NCBI GenBank assembly: GCA_965218585.1
Contig: CBDCLE010000012.1
Span: 154,138 to 218,137, forward strand
Direction of reading: 5' to 3'
Source of the DNA: Terriglobia bacterium
GTDB lineage: Bacteria; Acidobacteriota; Terriglobia; 20CM-2-55-15
Length of the DNA stretch: 64,000 bases
Both the position numbers and the translations under genes were made by a program. Shown piece after piece: positions 54,359-63,542 of the stretch (position 1 is the stretch's first letter; each line of letters begins with the position of its first letter). The notes beneath the pieces were generated by a model. That model was not told where the DNA came from, made no database searches, and saw only the letters and a list, made by a program, of their open reading frames with translations.

Positions 54359-55186
54359 GTGCTGCCATTTGTCAAAACGCAGGCGCTGGGAAACGATTTC
54401 ATACTCGTGGAAGAGGGTCGAGTCAATGAGCGCGACTACCCCTCACTCGCCCGCCGGATCTGCGACCGGCGACTGGGGGTCGGTGCGGATGGACTGATCC
54501 TTTGGAATCGGGCACCGGACGCATTCAGGCTGAGAATTTTCAACGTCGACGGAAGTGAAGCCGAATGTTCAGGCAACGGTCTTCGTTGTGTAGCTGCGTA
54601 TCTTCTCCAATCCGAGAAAACCCTTGAGGATCGGGTTCGACTTCAGACTGTATCGGGAACCTATGCCCTCGAAAGAGAAGGAGACCGCTTCTCGGCTGAC
54701 ATGGGAGTTCCGGCACTTTCGCCCAAGGACATACCTTTTGTCGCACCTGAGCCCCTTGAGCGCATCGTGGACTTCACGCTCGAGGTCAACGAGACTTCGG
54801 TTCAAATCACCGCATGTTCCACGGGAAACCCTCATTGTTCCCTTTTTGTCGACCGGATCGACTCGGAAATGGTAAATACGCTCGGGCCAAGACTCGAAAT
54901 CCATCCGGCATTCCCGAACGGGACAAACGTAGAGTTCATCCATGTTCGAAATTCATCGGAAATAGAAGTCGCATTCTGGGAACGGGGCGCCGGGCGCACC
55001 CCTTCTTCGGGGACCGGTTCCTGCGGCGCAACGGTCGCATCGGTACTCAACCAGCGCACCGAACGTGCTGTGACGGTTCACACCGAACATGGGACGCTCG
55101 AGGTAGAGTGGAACGCCGACAGTAACCGGTTGAGGCTCGTCGCAACGGCCAATGTTGTCGCTCAAGGCGAATACCTAGAAGCGTAG
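54359..55186 (+). CDS. dapF: Diaminopimelate epimerase
   Basis: LGNDF, GVGADG, ECSGNGLRC, GNPH, NVEF, ERGAG..SSGTG. Confidence 0.92.
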   Translation: MLPFVKTQALGNDFILVEEGRVNERDYPSLARRICDRRLGVGADGLILWNRAPDAFRLRIFNVDGSEAECSGNGLRCVAAYLLQSEKTLEDRVRLQTVSGTYALEREGDRFSADMGVPALSPKDIPFVAPEPLERIVDFTLEVNETSVQITACSTGNPHCSLFVDRIDSEMVNTLGPRLEIHPAFPNGTNVEFIHVRNSSEIEVAFWERGAGRTPSSGTGSCGATVASVLNQRTERAVTVHTEHGTLEVEWNADSNRLRLVATANVVAQGEYLEA

Positions 55187-55204
55187 TACAGGATTGTTTT
55201 CTTA

Positions 55205-56188
55205 ATGTCCAAAACTCCCGATCTTCTTGATGTATTTATTGTGGGCGCCGGACCCACCGGATTGGCAGCGGCAATCGAAGCCGAACGGTTCGATCTCAGT
55301 TACGCCGTGGTCGAAAAGGGCTGCATCACGAATTCCATCTTCCACTTTCCTACGCAAATGGTCTTCTTCACGACCCCGGAGCTTTTGGAAATCGGAAACA
55401 TGCCGTTGGTGTGCGAACGCGAAAAGGCCAACCGAAACGAGGCACTGAAATATTACCGAAAGGTCGTCCAGGCCACATCCCTGAAAATCCACCAATATGA
55501 AGAAGTGCGTGAAATCAGTCGCGGAGACGGTGAGTTCAACGTAGAGACGGCCGCGGCGAGGTATCGAGCACGGAACGTTGTCCTCGCGACCGGCTATTAC
55601 GACAACCCGAACATGCTCGGGATACCGGGCGAAGACCTGCCACACGTATCGCACTACTACACAGAGGCCCATCCCTACTTCGAAAGGAACGTCGTCGTGA
55701 TCGGTGGGCAGAATTCTGCTGCCGAGGCTGCGCTTGAACTCTATCGTGCCGGAGCCCGCGTTACACTGTTGCACCGAAACAAGGAGTTAGGAAAGTCCTT
55801 GAAATACTGGGTGGGACCGGACATCAAGAACCGCATCGCGAGAAACGAAATTGCAGCGCACCTCGACACAGAGGCCGTAGAAATCCTCCCGGACCGGGTG
55901 CGGGCTCGGAAGAACTCAACCACGATAGAGGTGCCCGCAGATCGCGTCTTCGCCCTGACCGGTTACCGACCGAGCACAGTCTTCTACGATCAGCTTGGAG
56001 TGGAATACGACCATGACATTCTTCTGCCACAATTCGATCCCGACACCTACGAGACCAACGTGGGAGGAGTTTTCCTGGCGGGTTCGGTCGTCGCGGGAAG
56101 GCGGTACAAGGAGATCTTCATCGAAAACGGACGTTTCCACGGTGAGGCTCTCATCCGAGCCATCGCCTCCCGCCTGGGAAAAACATAA
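55205..56188 (+). CDS. ypdA: YpdA-family putative bacillithiol disulfide reductase
   Basis: GAGPTG, EKGCITNSI, MVFFTTPELLEIG, ATGYYD, HYYTEAHPY, FIENGRFH. Confidence 0.88.
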   Translation: MSKTPDLLDVFIVGAGPTGLAAAIEAERFDLSYAVVEKGCITNSIFHFPTQMVFFTTPELLEIGNMPLVCEREKANRNEALKYYRKVVQATSLKIHQYEEVREISRGDGEFNVETAAARYRARNVVLATGYYDNPNMLGIPGEDLPHVSHYYTEAHPYFERNVVVIGGQNSAAEAALELYRAGARVTLLHRNKELGKSLKYWVGPDIKNRIARNEIAAHLDTEAVEILPDRVRARKNSTTIEVPADRVFALTGYRPSTVFYDQLGVEYDHDILLPQFDPDTYETNVGGVFLAGSVVAGRRYKEIFIENGRFHGEALIRAIASRLGKT

Positions 56189-56215
56189 CCGCAAGCCAGT
56201 TCATCCCAAGAGAAA

Positions 56216-56303
56216 TCAACGCAGAGACGCTGGGATCGCAGAGTTCGCAGAGTTAAGTCCGAAAAACAAACAGAACCCCTGCGTCTCTGCGCCTCTGCGT
56301 TGA
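56216..56303. repeat. Intergenic palindromic repeat, CGCAGAG family
   Basis: tcaacgcagagacgc...cgcagag ... ctgcgtctctgcgcctctgcgttga. Confidence 0.82.
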
Positions 56304-56308
56304 AAACC

Positions 56309-56334
56309 AAAGGCGGCCCAAGGGGGCCGCCTTT
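56309..56334. terminator. Intrinsic terminator between convergent genes
   Basis: AAAGGCGGCCC aagg GGGCCGCCTTT. Confidence 0.7.
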
Positions 56335-56362
56335 CAGCTCTCAGTAAAGTTGTGCGGAAGTT

Positions 56363-56758
56363 CTAGTCGCCGGCTACCGCGGGTTCGTATGCGGCCACGG
56401 CTTCTTCGTATTTGTCGTGGAGTTCGATGTCGAAGTACGCAGCCACGTCCGCTGCGGGATACATCGCGATCGCATCCCACGCCATCCGCTCACAGACGTT
56501 GACACAGATCTTGCAGCCAATGCACTCGTCAAATCGAACCTGAACCGGATCCATAATGACACCAACGTAATCGGATGAATCGCGTGGAACATGTTCGATG
56601 CAATCCACGGGACAGAACGGCACACAGGCCTCACAACCGGTGCAGTTGTCGGGATTCACGACGGCAAGGATCTTCGGAGTCTTCTTCTTGCGCGTAATCT
56701 TACCCGGGGCTTCGGGGATGATTGCCGTGGGGTTTGTCTTCCTGTTGCTAACTGCCAT
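56363..56758 (-). CDS. 2x[4Fe-4S] ferredoxin
   Basis: CTGCEACVPFCP and CIGCKICVNVC; start overlaps the ispH stop. Confidence 0.88.
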   Translation of the reverse strand: MAVSNRKTNPTAIIPEAPGKITRKKKTPKILAVVNPDNCTGCEACVPFCPVDCIEHVPRDSSDYVGVIMDPVQVRFDECIGCKICVNVCERMAWDAIAMYPAADVAAYFDIELHDKYEEAVAAYEPAVAGD

Positions 56759-57971
56759 GTATCAATTCCTTGAACTGGTCCTTCAACTGTGAAAGCGCTA
56801 TTGTATCGCGGAATCCGACGATCCGCTCGACGGCTTCGCCAATTTGATTGTTGGGCGTTGACGCCCCCGCCGTCAACCCTATCGTTTTGGGTCCAGAGCC
56901 AAGCCAGTCCGAGGTTCGCGTCTCTTGATTCGTACCGGGCAGCTTGTGGTGGATCTCCCGTTCGCTCAGAATCGACGTCGCGTCTTCAATGTGAAACGCC
57001 TGGGTAAACTTCAAGGCTATCCGTGCCAGATTGTTTGTATTCGAGCTGTTATATCCCCCAATCACAATCATCAGATCCGGAGGATCGGTTTCCATTGCGC
57101 GAAGGGCATCCTGGCGATCCTGTGTCGCGCTGCAGATCGTGTCGAATGCATTGAAACGGTCTTCAAGATTCTCTTCCCCAAACTTTTCAATCAAGGCATT
57201 CCGAAACATTTCCGAGATTTCCAGCGATTCCGAGCTGAGCATCGTTGTCTGGTTAGCCAGACCGATCCGCTCAAGGTGCGACTCGGGGTCGAACCCATAG
57301 GACATGGCACGTTCGAAACGTTTGAGGAAATCAGCCCGTTCGCCACCTGCTACAAGATATTCACAGACATAGGCGGCTTCATCCTTGCTCCGGACGACCA
57401 GGTAGTGTGAATCCGGATTGAATGTAGTTCTTGAAAACGTCGCTCGCGTCTCTTCGTGTTCGTACTTGCCGTGGATAATCGACGTCATACCGGCGCCCGA
57501 GTAACGCTCCACGTTCTTCCACACGTTCAGTACAGAACCGCACGCCGTGTCGACAACGATGCAGCCCTTTTCGGAAAGCATTTCCAAGTCGGACCTCGGC
57601 ACACCAAACGCCGGCACGATTACAACGTCTTCGGGAGTCAGTTGGTCGTATCTGGCGCCGTTCTCCGGGAGAAAGCTGATCCCACGGCTCTCCAACTCAC
57701 GGTTCACATGCGGATTGTGGATGATTTCGCCAGTCATGAAGATGCGTCGGCCGGGAAATTTGGCTACGGTCTCGTAAGCATATTCCACCGCGCGTTCGAC
57801 GCCGTAGCAGAATCCGAATTCCTCGGCGAGACGGAAAGTGAGCTCGCCCAGCACGAGACAGAATCCCCTGGTGCGCATCAGATCGACGATGCGGCTCCGG
57901 TAACGGTCCTGGAGTTCAGGTCGGACTTCCGAACCGAGGCCAAAGCCCTTCTGGAAGTACGTTTGCGGCAT
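56748..57971 (-). CDS. ispH: 4-hydroxy-3-methylbut-2-enyl diphosphate reductase
   Basis: FGFCYGVERA, EIIHNP, DTAC, NQTTM, DTICSAT, GGYNSSNT, TAGASTP; start at MPQTYF. Confidence 0.95.
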   Translation of the reverse strand: MPQTYFQKGFGLGSEVRPELQDRYRSRIVDLMRTRGFCLVLGELTFRLAEEFGFCYGVERAVEYAYETVAKFPGRRIFMTGEIIHNPHVNRELESRGISFLPENGARYDQLTPEDVVIVPAFGVPRSDLEMLSEKGCIVVDTACGSVLNVWKNVERYSGAGMTSIIHGKYEHEETRATFSRTTFNPDSHYLVVRSKDEAAYVCEYLVAGGERADFLKRFERAMSYGFDPESHLERIGLANQTTMLSSESLEISEMFRNALIEKFGEENLEDRFNAFDTICSATQDRQDALRAMETDPPDLMIVIGGYNSSNTNNLARIALKFTQAFHIEDATSILSEREIHHKLPGTNQETRTSDWLGSGPKTIGLTAGASTPNNQIGEAVERIVGFRDTIALSQLKDQFKELIHGS

Positions 57972-58097
57972 TAGTCTGCGATTGTAACATAGGCCGATTG
58001 TGCCAATTTGAGCTCCTTCCTTCGTTATTCTCGCCGTAATGACTGTAGAATGATTGACGATAAATGACCCTCCCGAAAGGGACCTATACTGAGGAAA

Positions 58098-59099
58098 TTG
58101 AAAATTTTGGCCGACACGAAAGCGACGATTACTGCCGTTTCCCATTACCTTCCTGAAAAACGTTTAACGAACCACGACTTCGAAAAAATGGTCGACACAA
58201 CCGACCAATGGATTTTCGACCGCACAGGAATCCGTGAACGGCGAATCGTGGATAAGGGGGTGGCGACGAGTGATCTGGCCGAAGGCGCGGCCCGAAAGGT
58301 CCTGGAGCAGAGGGGCATCGATGCCGACGAGATCGATCTCATCATCGTGGCCACAGTCACCCCTGACATGTTTTTCCCGTCAACGGCCTGCGTGCTCCAG
58401 GACAAGATCGGGGCGAGCAAGGCATGGGGCTTCGATTTGCTGGGCGCCTGTTCGGGCTTTATTTACGCTTTGACGACAGCGGCCCAGTTCATAGCATCCG
58501 GCAAACACGAAAAAGTGCTCGTGGTGGGTGCGGATGTGATGAGCTCCATTATCGATTTCGAAGACAGGGCTACATGCGTGTTGTTCGGTGATGGAGCCGG
58601 CGCGGTCCTCGTCGAGGCCTCCCAAGGCGAAAACGGGATCCTTGACTGGATTCTGCGCAGCGATGGAAGTGGTGGACGATTCCTGTACATGCCCGGAGGT
58701 GGCAGCCTCAACCCACCTACAGATGAAACCGTCGCCAAGAAGATGCACTTTGTGCACCAGAACGGGAGGAACGTTTTCAAGTTCGCGGTCAAGGGAATGG
58801 TGGAGGTGTCGGAGGCTATTCTCGAACGCAATGGCCTGGGCCATGAGGATCTGAAACTCTACGTCCCACACCAAGCCAACCTGAGGATCATCAAGGCAGC
58901 TACGGAAAAACTGCAACTCGATCCGTCCAAGGTGGCTATCAATATTGATCGCTACGCCAACACAACCGCCGGCACGATCCCCATTTGCCTGTCTGAAGCG
59001 GTCGAATCCGGCACTGTCACGAATGGCGACATGCTGCTACTGGCGAGTTTCGGAGCCGGGTTCACGTGGGGCAGCCTCCTCTTAAGGTGGGGAAACTAG
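58098..59099 (+). CDS. fabH: 3-oxoacyl-ACP synthase III
   Basis: [37 protein letters not shown]. Confidence 0.96.
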   Translation: MKILADTKATITAVSHYLPEKRLTNHDFEKMVDTTDQWIFDRTGIRERRIVDKGVATSDLAEGAARKVLEQRGIDADEIDLIIVATVTPDMFFPSTACVLQDKIGASKAWGFDLLGACSGFIYALTTAAQFIASGKHEKVLVVGADVMSSIIDFEDRATCVLFGDGAGAVLVEASQGENGILDWILRSDGSGGRFLYMPGGGSLNPPTDETVAKKMHFVHQNGRNVFKFAVKGMVEVSEAILERNGLGHEDLKLYVPHQANLRIIKAATEKLQLDPSKVAINIDRYANTTAGTIPICLSEAVESGTVTNGDMLLLASFGAGFTWGSLLLRWGN

Positions 59100-59912
59100 G
59101 GTGTGTTAACACTAATGTAGTGCCTCGACGATGAGTGCGAAGTGAAGGAAGGCGAGGAACATGACGTCGAGTTTATCGAAACGGGAAAAGATACGCCGAA
59201 AACCCTTGAGTCGGCGGAAGAGCCTCTCGACTTCGTTCCTGCGGCGGTAGAGCACGCGGTCGTATTCCCACGGCTCCAGGCGGTTGCGCTTGGGCGGCAC
59301 GACGGGAATCCACCCAAAATCCAGAGCCAATTGGCGGGTCTGGTCGTCCTGGTAGGCACGGTCCATCAGCAGCGGCAGCGGCGCGGGCAACGGCCCCAGG
59401 CCGGCGAGCAGATCGCGGCCCTGCGGGGCGTCGTGCGCTTGGCCGGGCGAGAGCGCAAACGTTATCGCCGTTCGAGCATTCGCGGCAACCAGATGAATCT
59501 TGGTGGTCCATCCACCGCGGGATTTGCCGATCGCTTGCGGACCGTTTTTTTTAACGCTCCCGTGCCGTCGGGATGCACCTTCACAATGGTCGAGTCCATC
59601 GAAACGGCTTCCACCCGGATGCGCACCAGTTGCTCGCGCTGGAGTTTTTCGAAGACGGCGTCGAGCACCCCGTTCTTGGACCAGCGGTTCATCCGGGTGT
59701 AGATGGTGTGCCAGTTGCCAAAGCGCTTGGGCAGACCGCGCCACTTGCAGCCCTGCTCAGCCACATACAAAATGGCGTTCAAGACCGTCAGGTTCGAAAG
59801 ACTGACGTTGCCCCGCTGACGCGGCAGTTCCGGCTCGATGCGACAATACTGCTCCTGTGTGATCTCCATGCCTGATTATAAAACATTCATGCTCATTAGT
59901 GTTAACACGCCC
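59099..59912 (-). mobile_element. IS5-family (IS427 group) element with two overlapping ORFs (59869-59462, ~59550-59112) joined by -1 frameshift
   Basis: IRs GGG(T/C)GTGTTAACACTAATG, TA/CTAG target duplication, A8C slippery run at 59544-59552, GKSRGGWTTKIH, DRAY, YRRRNEVERLF. Confidence 0.93.
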
Positions 59913-60169
59913 TAGCTCGGAGGCGGATCCATAGCCGGTCTGGTGTCTGCTCGTTCAGGCTCCTCAAACCCTGTCACAGCAGTCTGTTTTCAGCCACTTT
60001 TCCTCGATTTCAGCGTTTCGGGACTGATTTTTCGGAATCCCAACGCCAACCAGGTAGGCAAGGCTGCCCGTATCTTACTGATATAAATATATTTAATTGC
60101 GAATATGTAATTATTTCAGGAAAAATGAAAAAGACGTATTTTTGACAGGCGTGTCAGGTCTACTGTTAT

Positions 60170-60302
60170 GTAAGGCGGAAGAAAGAAAACGAATCCGAAC
60201 TTACCTGTTAAGAAACACTTTTTCGACACCGTCCCTGGCTGAGAAAGCAATTATAAACAGGAAGTTCGGTAGAAAAGCCCCCGGAAGCGGGGGCTTTTCT
60301 TA
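60170..60302 (+). ncRNA. Candidate small structured RNA
   Basis: TTGACA at 60142, rod-like hairpin 60195-60269, then terminator; no credible ORF. Confidence 0.35.
60271..60300. terminator. Bidirectional intrinsic terminator
   Basis: AGAAAAGCCCCCG GAAG CGGGGGCTTTTCT, 13-bp stem. Confidence 0.85.
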
Positions 60303-60309
60303 TTGCCCT

Positions 60310-60702
60310 TCACAAGCCCAGTGCCAGATCGCAGCAGAGCGACCCTCGCCGACGCCCTTCCTCGAGAGTGGCGGGCAACGCCCAGCACCACTGGGAACGA
60401 TCCGGGATTCCATCCATTTCCACTTCAACCAGTTCCATCTCCAACAGATAGTTAGGGCGATCCTGGCTTCCAGTCACCAGAACGCGAATCGGCTTTAGAT
60501 CGACCTCGAGTTTTTCACGTCCGATCCGTTCAACGAGCGTCCCGAGCGTCTCTCCCGCACGGTAGGTTCCGGCTGGCAGACCCCAGATTCCGGGTAGTTC
60601 GTCATCATCATCGGGTCTCCGACAGGTCAAAATATTGTCACTCCGTCGAACAAGGACAGCGACGGAATGCTTGATTCGTTTGGAAGGACGAGTGTCGCTC
60701 AT
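60310..60702 (-). CDS. NUDIX-domain protein (MutT-like, divergent)
   Basis: GIWGLPAG...GETL...ERIGREKLEV. Confidence 0.75.
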   Translation of the reverse strand: MSDTRPSKRIKHSVAVLVRRSDNILTCRRPDDDDELPGIWGLPAGTYRAGETLGTLVERIGREKLEVDLKPIRVLVTGSQDRPNYLLEMELVEVEMDGIPDRSQWCWALPATLEEGRRRGSLCCDLALGL

Positions 60703-60708
60703 GCGGAG

Positions 60709-60939
60709 TTAAGCCTTCTTCTCGAAATCTATCAACCACCCACCGAACTGCCATAGATCCATAAGGATCACTCTCAAGGATGGACGATCCGAGCCATACG
60801 CGGTCTGGAGCCGCCACGCCACATATTTCGAAGGAGGGACCGGAAGAAAAGGGAACCGTAAATACCAACGGATGGGGACTATACGAAGATAATAGCGCGC
60901 GAGAGCCACTGCGATCGCCAAGAGCCTCACGCGCCACAT
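60709..60939 (-). CDS. Small hypothetical protein
   Basis: FPFLPVPPSKYVAWRLQTAYG; stop 6 nt before the NUDIX start. Confidence 0.6.
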   Translation of the reverse strand: MWRVRLLAIAVALARYYLRIVPIRWYLRFPFLPVPPSKYVAWRLQTAYGSDRPSLRVILMDLWQFGGWLIDFEKKA

Positions 60940-60953
60940 GCTATCATAAACCC

Positions 60954-61349
60954 ATGAAAATATTCGGCATCCTCCTGTCGATGTTCATCGTGATCCCGAT
61001 TGTTGAATTTGCGTTGCTGATTGAAATCGGCCGCCGCCTCGGAACGATCGACACGCTCCTGCTGATCTTTGGAACAGGGATACTGGGGGCATACCTGGCC
61101 CGTCTGGAAGGGTTTCGCATCCTGTATCGGATCCAACGTGATCTTGCTTCGGGTACCATCCCGGGCGAGCAACTCTTTGACGGCCTCCTGGTCCTCGTTT
61201 CCGGGGTCGTCCTGATCACGCCCGGACTGTTGACCGACATTGTAGGGCTCCTACTCCTGTTCCCTCCCACGCGCTACCCCATCAAAAGCTTCATCCGCCG
61301 CAGAGTTCGCAACCGCGTATCAGCTCGCGGCATCAGCTTGACGTTCTAA
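60954..61349 (+). CDS. fxsA: FxsA family membrane protein
   Basis: IPIVEFALLI, GILGAYLAR.EG, LITPGLLTD..G. Confidence 0.88.
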   Translation: MKIFGILLSMFIVIPIVEFALLIEIGRRLGTIDTLLLIFGTGILGAYLARLEGFRILYRIQRDLASGTIPGEQLFDGLLVLVSGVVLITPGLLTDIVGLLLLFPPTRYPIKSFIRRRVRNRVSARGISLTF

Positions 61350-61435
61350 ACAAAGACACGACCGCCTCTCCTTGTGCCTGACCTGGCCTCAAAGTAAACT
61401 GGACGGGCCCTCCATTCCCGTTCAGCAGACAATCC

Positions 61436-62965
61436 ATGATTTCAAAAACTCGAAGCGGCGCCGTGTACGGCATCGACGCTTCTCTGGTCGAAGTCGAAGT
61501 TCACATCACATCCGGCGGCAACGGCGAATTTCAGATCGTGGGTCTTCCAGACACTGCGATACGGGAGTCGCGCGCCCGCATTCACGCCGCTATCCGCAAC
61601 AGTGGCTTTGAGGTTCCGTTCCGGAAGATCACGATCAACCTCGCACCTGCCGGAATCAAGAAAGAAGGTGCAGCATTCGATCTGCCGATGGCAATGGGCA
61701 TACTGATCGGAACCGGCATCATTGAAGGAGCATCCGAACAAATCCTGATGATCGGAGAATTGTCTCTGGACGGGGGTCTCAGGCCGGTCAGGAACTGCCT
61801 TTCGCTCGCATTGCTGGCACGCGACACGCGTGTCTCCAAAATTATAGTCCCGTTCGAAAACGCGAACGACGCCGCGCTGGCAAACGGTGTATCGGTCTAT
61901 CCCATGCGCAGTCTCACGGAAGTAGCAGGATTTCTAAACGGCACCATAGACGTCTCTCCGCATCACGTTGACATCGGGCGCATGCTGCATCAGGGATCGG
62001 ATGCAATTGAAGACTTCAAAGACGTCCGTGGGCAGCGCCACGTAAGACGGGCCATCGAGGTAGCCGTCGCCGGCGGACACAACATCCTGATGATTGGCCC
62101 GCCAGGTTCCGGGAAGACCATGCTGGCCCGACGGATTCCCTCGATCATGCCCCCGATGACGCTGGAGGAAAGCCTCGAAGCGACGCGGATCCATTCCGCC
62201 AGCGGATTGCTGTCTCCCGGCGCGGGATTGATTTCGAAACGACCGTTCCGCGCCCCCCACCACAGTATTTCCGGCGCCGGTCTCATTGGAGGTGGATCCG
62301 TTCCCCGACCTGGCGAAGTCAGCTTGTCCCACAACGGCGTTCTGTTTCTCGATGAGCTACCGGAGTTCCCTCGGCATGTCCTTGAAGTGCTCCGACAGCC
62401 GCTCGAAGATCAGTCCGTCACCATCGCACGGGCTCAGACCACTCTGAGCTTTCCGGCATCGTTCATCCTTGTGGCCGCCATGAACCCCTGCAACTGTGGC
62501 CACCTGGGTGATCCGGCTCATGAATGCCGCTGCACGCCCAAACAGATCCAGGCCTATCGATCGCGGATCTCGGGACCACTGCTGGATCGAATCGATCTTC
62601 ACGTCGACGTCCCGGCCATACCCTACACGGACATGTCACGAGAAGATTCAGCCGAACCTTCATGTCAGATCGGAACGCGTATCGACCGGGCCCGACGCAC
62701 CCAGCTTGACCGACTCGGCGAGGGCGGCATATACACCAACGCGCGGATGGGGCCAGATCACATTCGCAAATACTGTTTGCTGACCCTGGCAGGCAACCGC
62801 GTTCTGGAAAGGGCCGTGACGCAGCTGGGCATATCCGCCCGTGGCTGGAACAGGATCCTCAAGGTTGCCCGAACGATTGCGGACCTGGAAGCAGCAGACA
62901 ACATCGCACCGGCTCACATCGCCGAGGCCGTACGGTATAGAAAGCTGGATCGGACCGAGGCGTAG
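61436..62965 (+). CDS. comM: YifB/ComM family Mg-chelatase-like AAA+ ATPase
   Basis: IVGLPD, TINLAPA, GPPGSGKT, FRAPHH, FLDELPEF, ISGPLLDRID. Confidence 0.93.
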   Translation: MISKTRSGAVYGIDASLVEVEVHITSGGNGEFQIVGLPDTAIRESRARIHAAIRNSGFEVPFRKITINLAPAGIKKEGAAFDLPMAMGILIGTGIIEGASEQILMIGELSLDGGLRPVRNCLSLALLARDTRVSKIIVPFENANDAALANGVSVYPMRSLTEVAGFLNGTIDVSPHHVDIGRMLHQGSDAIEDFKDVRGQRHVRRAIEVAVAGGHNILMIGPPGSGKTMLARRIPSIMPPMTLEESLEATRIHSASGLLSPGAGLISKRPFRAPHHSISGAGLIGGGSVPRPGEVSLSHNGVLFLDELPEFPRHVLEVLRQPLEDQSVTIARAQTTLSFPASFILVAAMNPCNCGHLGDPAHECRCTPKQIQAYRSRISGPLLDRIDLHVDVPAIPYTDMSREDSAEPSCQIGTRIDRARRTQLDRLGEGGIYTNARMGPDHIRKYCLLTLAGNRVLERAVTQLGISARGWNRILKVARTIADLEAADNIAPAHIAEAVRYRKLDRTEA

Positions 62966-63041
62966 AGCTACCGCTGCCGGCATCAACTGTGTAGGCCACC
63001 CCCTCGACTTGGTGTAGCATTCCGTTTCTATGGGAGGGACG

Positions 63042-63501
63042 ATGAAGATACGAATCATGCTCGCAGGATTCTGTGTATTGAGCTTCGTTTTGGGGGGGGC
63101 CAGTTCCGGCCGAGGCGACTCAGAATTCGCCGCCGGCGCCATGCGGTCCGAATCTGGGAGCGGAAATCAGGAACGTGAACCAGGACTCCCGCTGTTTCGA
63201 GTTACGGACATATACTGTCCGGGAGGGCAGTTCGATCGATCTGTTGCATGCGCGCTTTCGGGAACGTACAACGGGCCTTTTCGAAAAGCACGGCATGACA
63301 ATCATCGGCTACTGGCAGCCGACAGCGCAGCCCGATACGCTGATCTACATCCTGGCATACCCGGATCGGGCAGCACGCGACGTCGCATGGGCGGCGTTCG
63401 GAGCCGACCCGGAATGGGTCGAGACGCGTAACGAAATGCGGGTGAGTATCCAGGTCGAAAACGTCTTTATGAGCGCTACCGACTACTCACCGATGAAATA
63501 G
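63042..63501 (+). CDS. Exported NIPSNAP family protein; frameshift in a G8 tract (63092-63099)
   Basis: GGGAGGG RBS + signal peptide MKIRIMLAGFCVLSFVLG; with G7 it continues GPVPAEATQN...CFELRTY...FEKHGM...DYSPMK. Confidence 0.75.
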
Positions 63502-63542
63502 GATGTCCGAGGTGAGTCAGTCATTCGTTTGGAGGATAACCG

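Noticed and set aside
57972-58145. N-terminal extension of the ispH ORF overlapping fabH
   Set aside because: Spans the divergent promoter region; homology begins at MPQTYF
60097-60498. 133-aa + strand ORF
   Set aside because: TTG start, runs through a strong terminator and is antisense to the NUDIX gene
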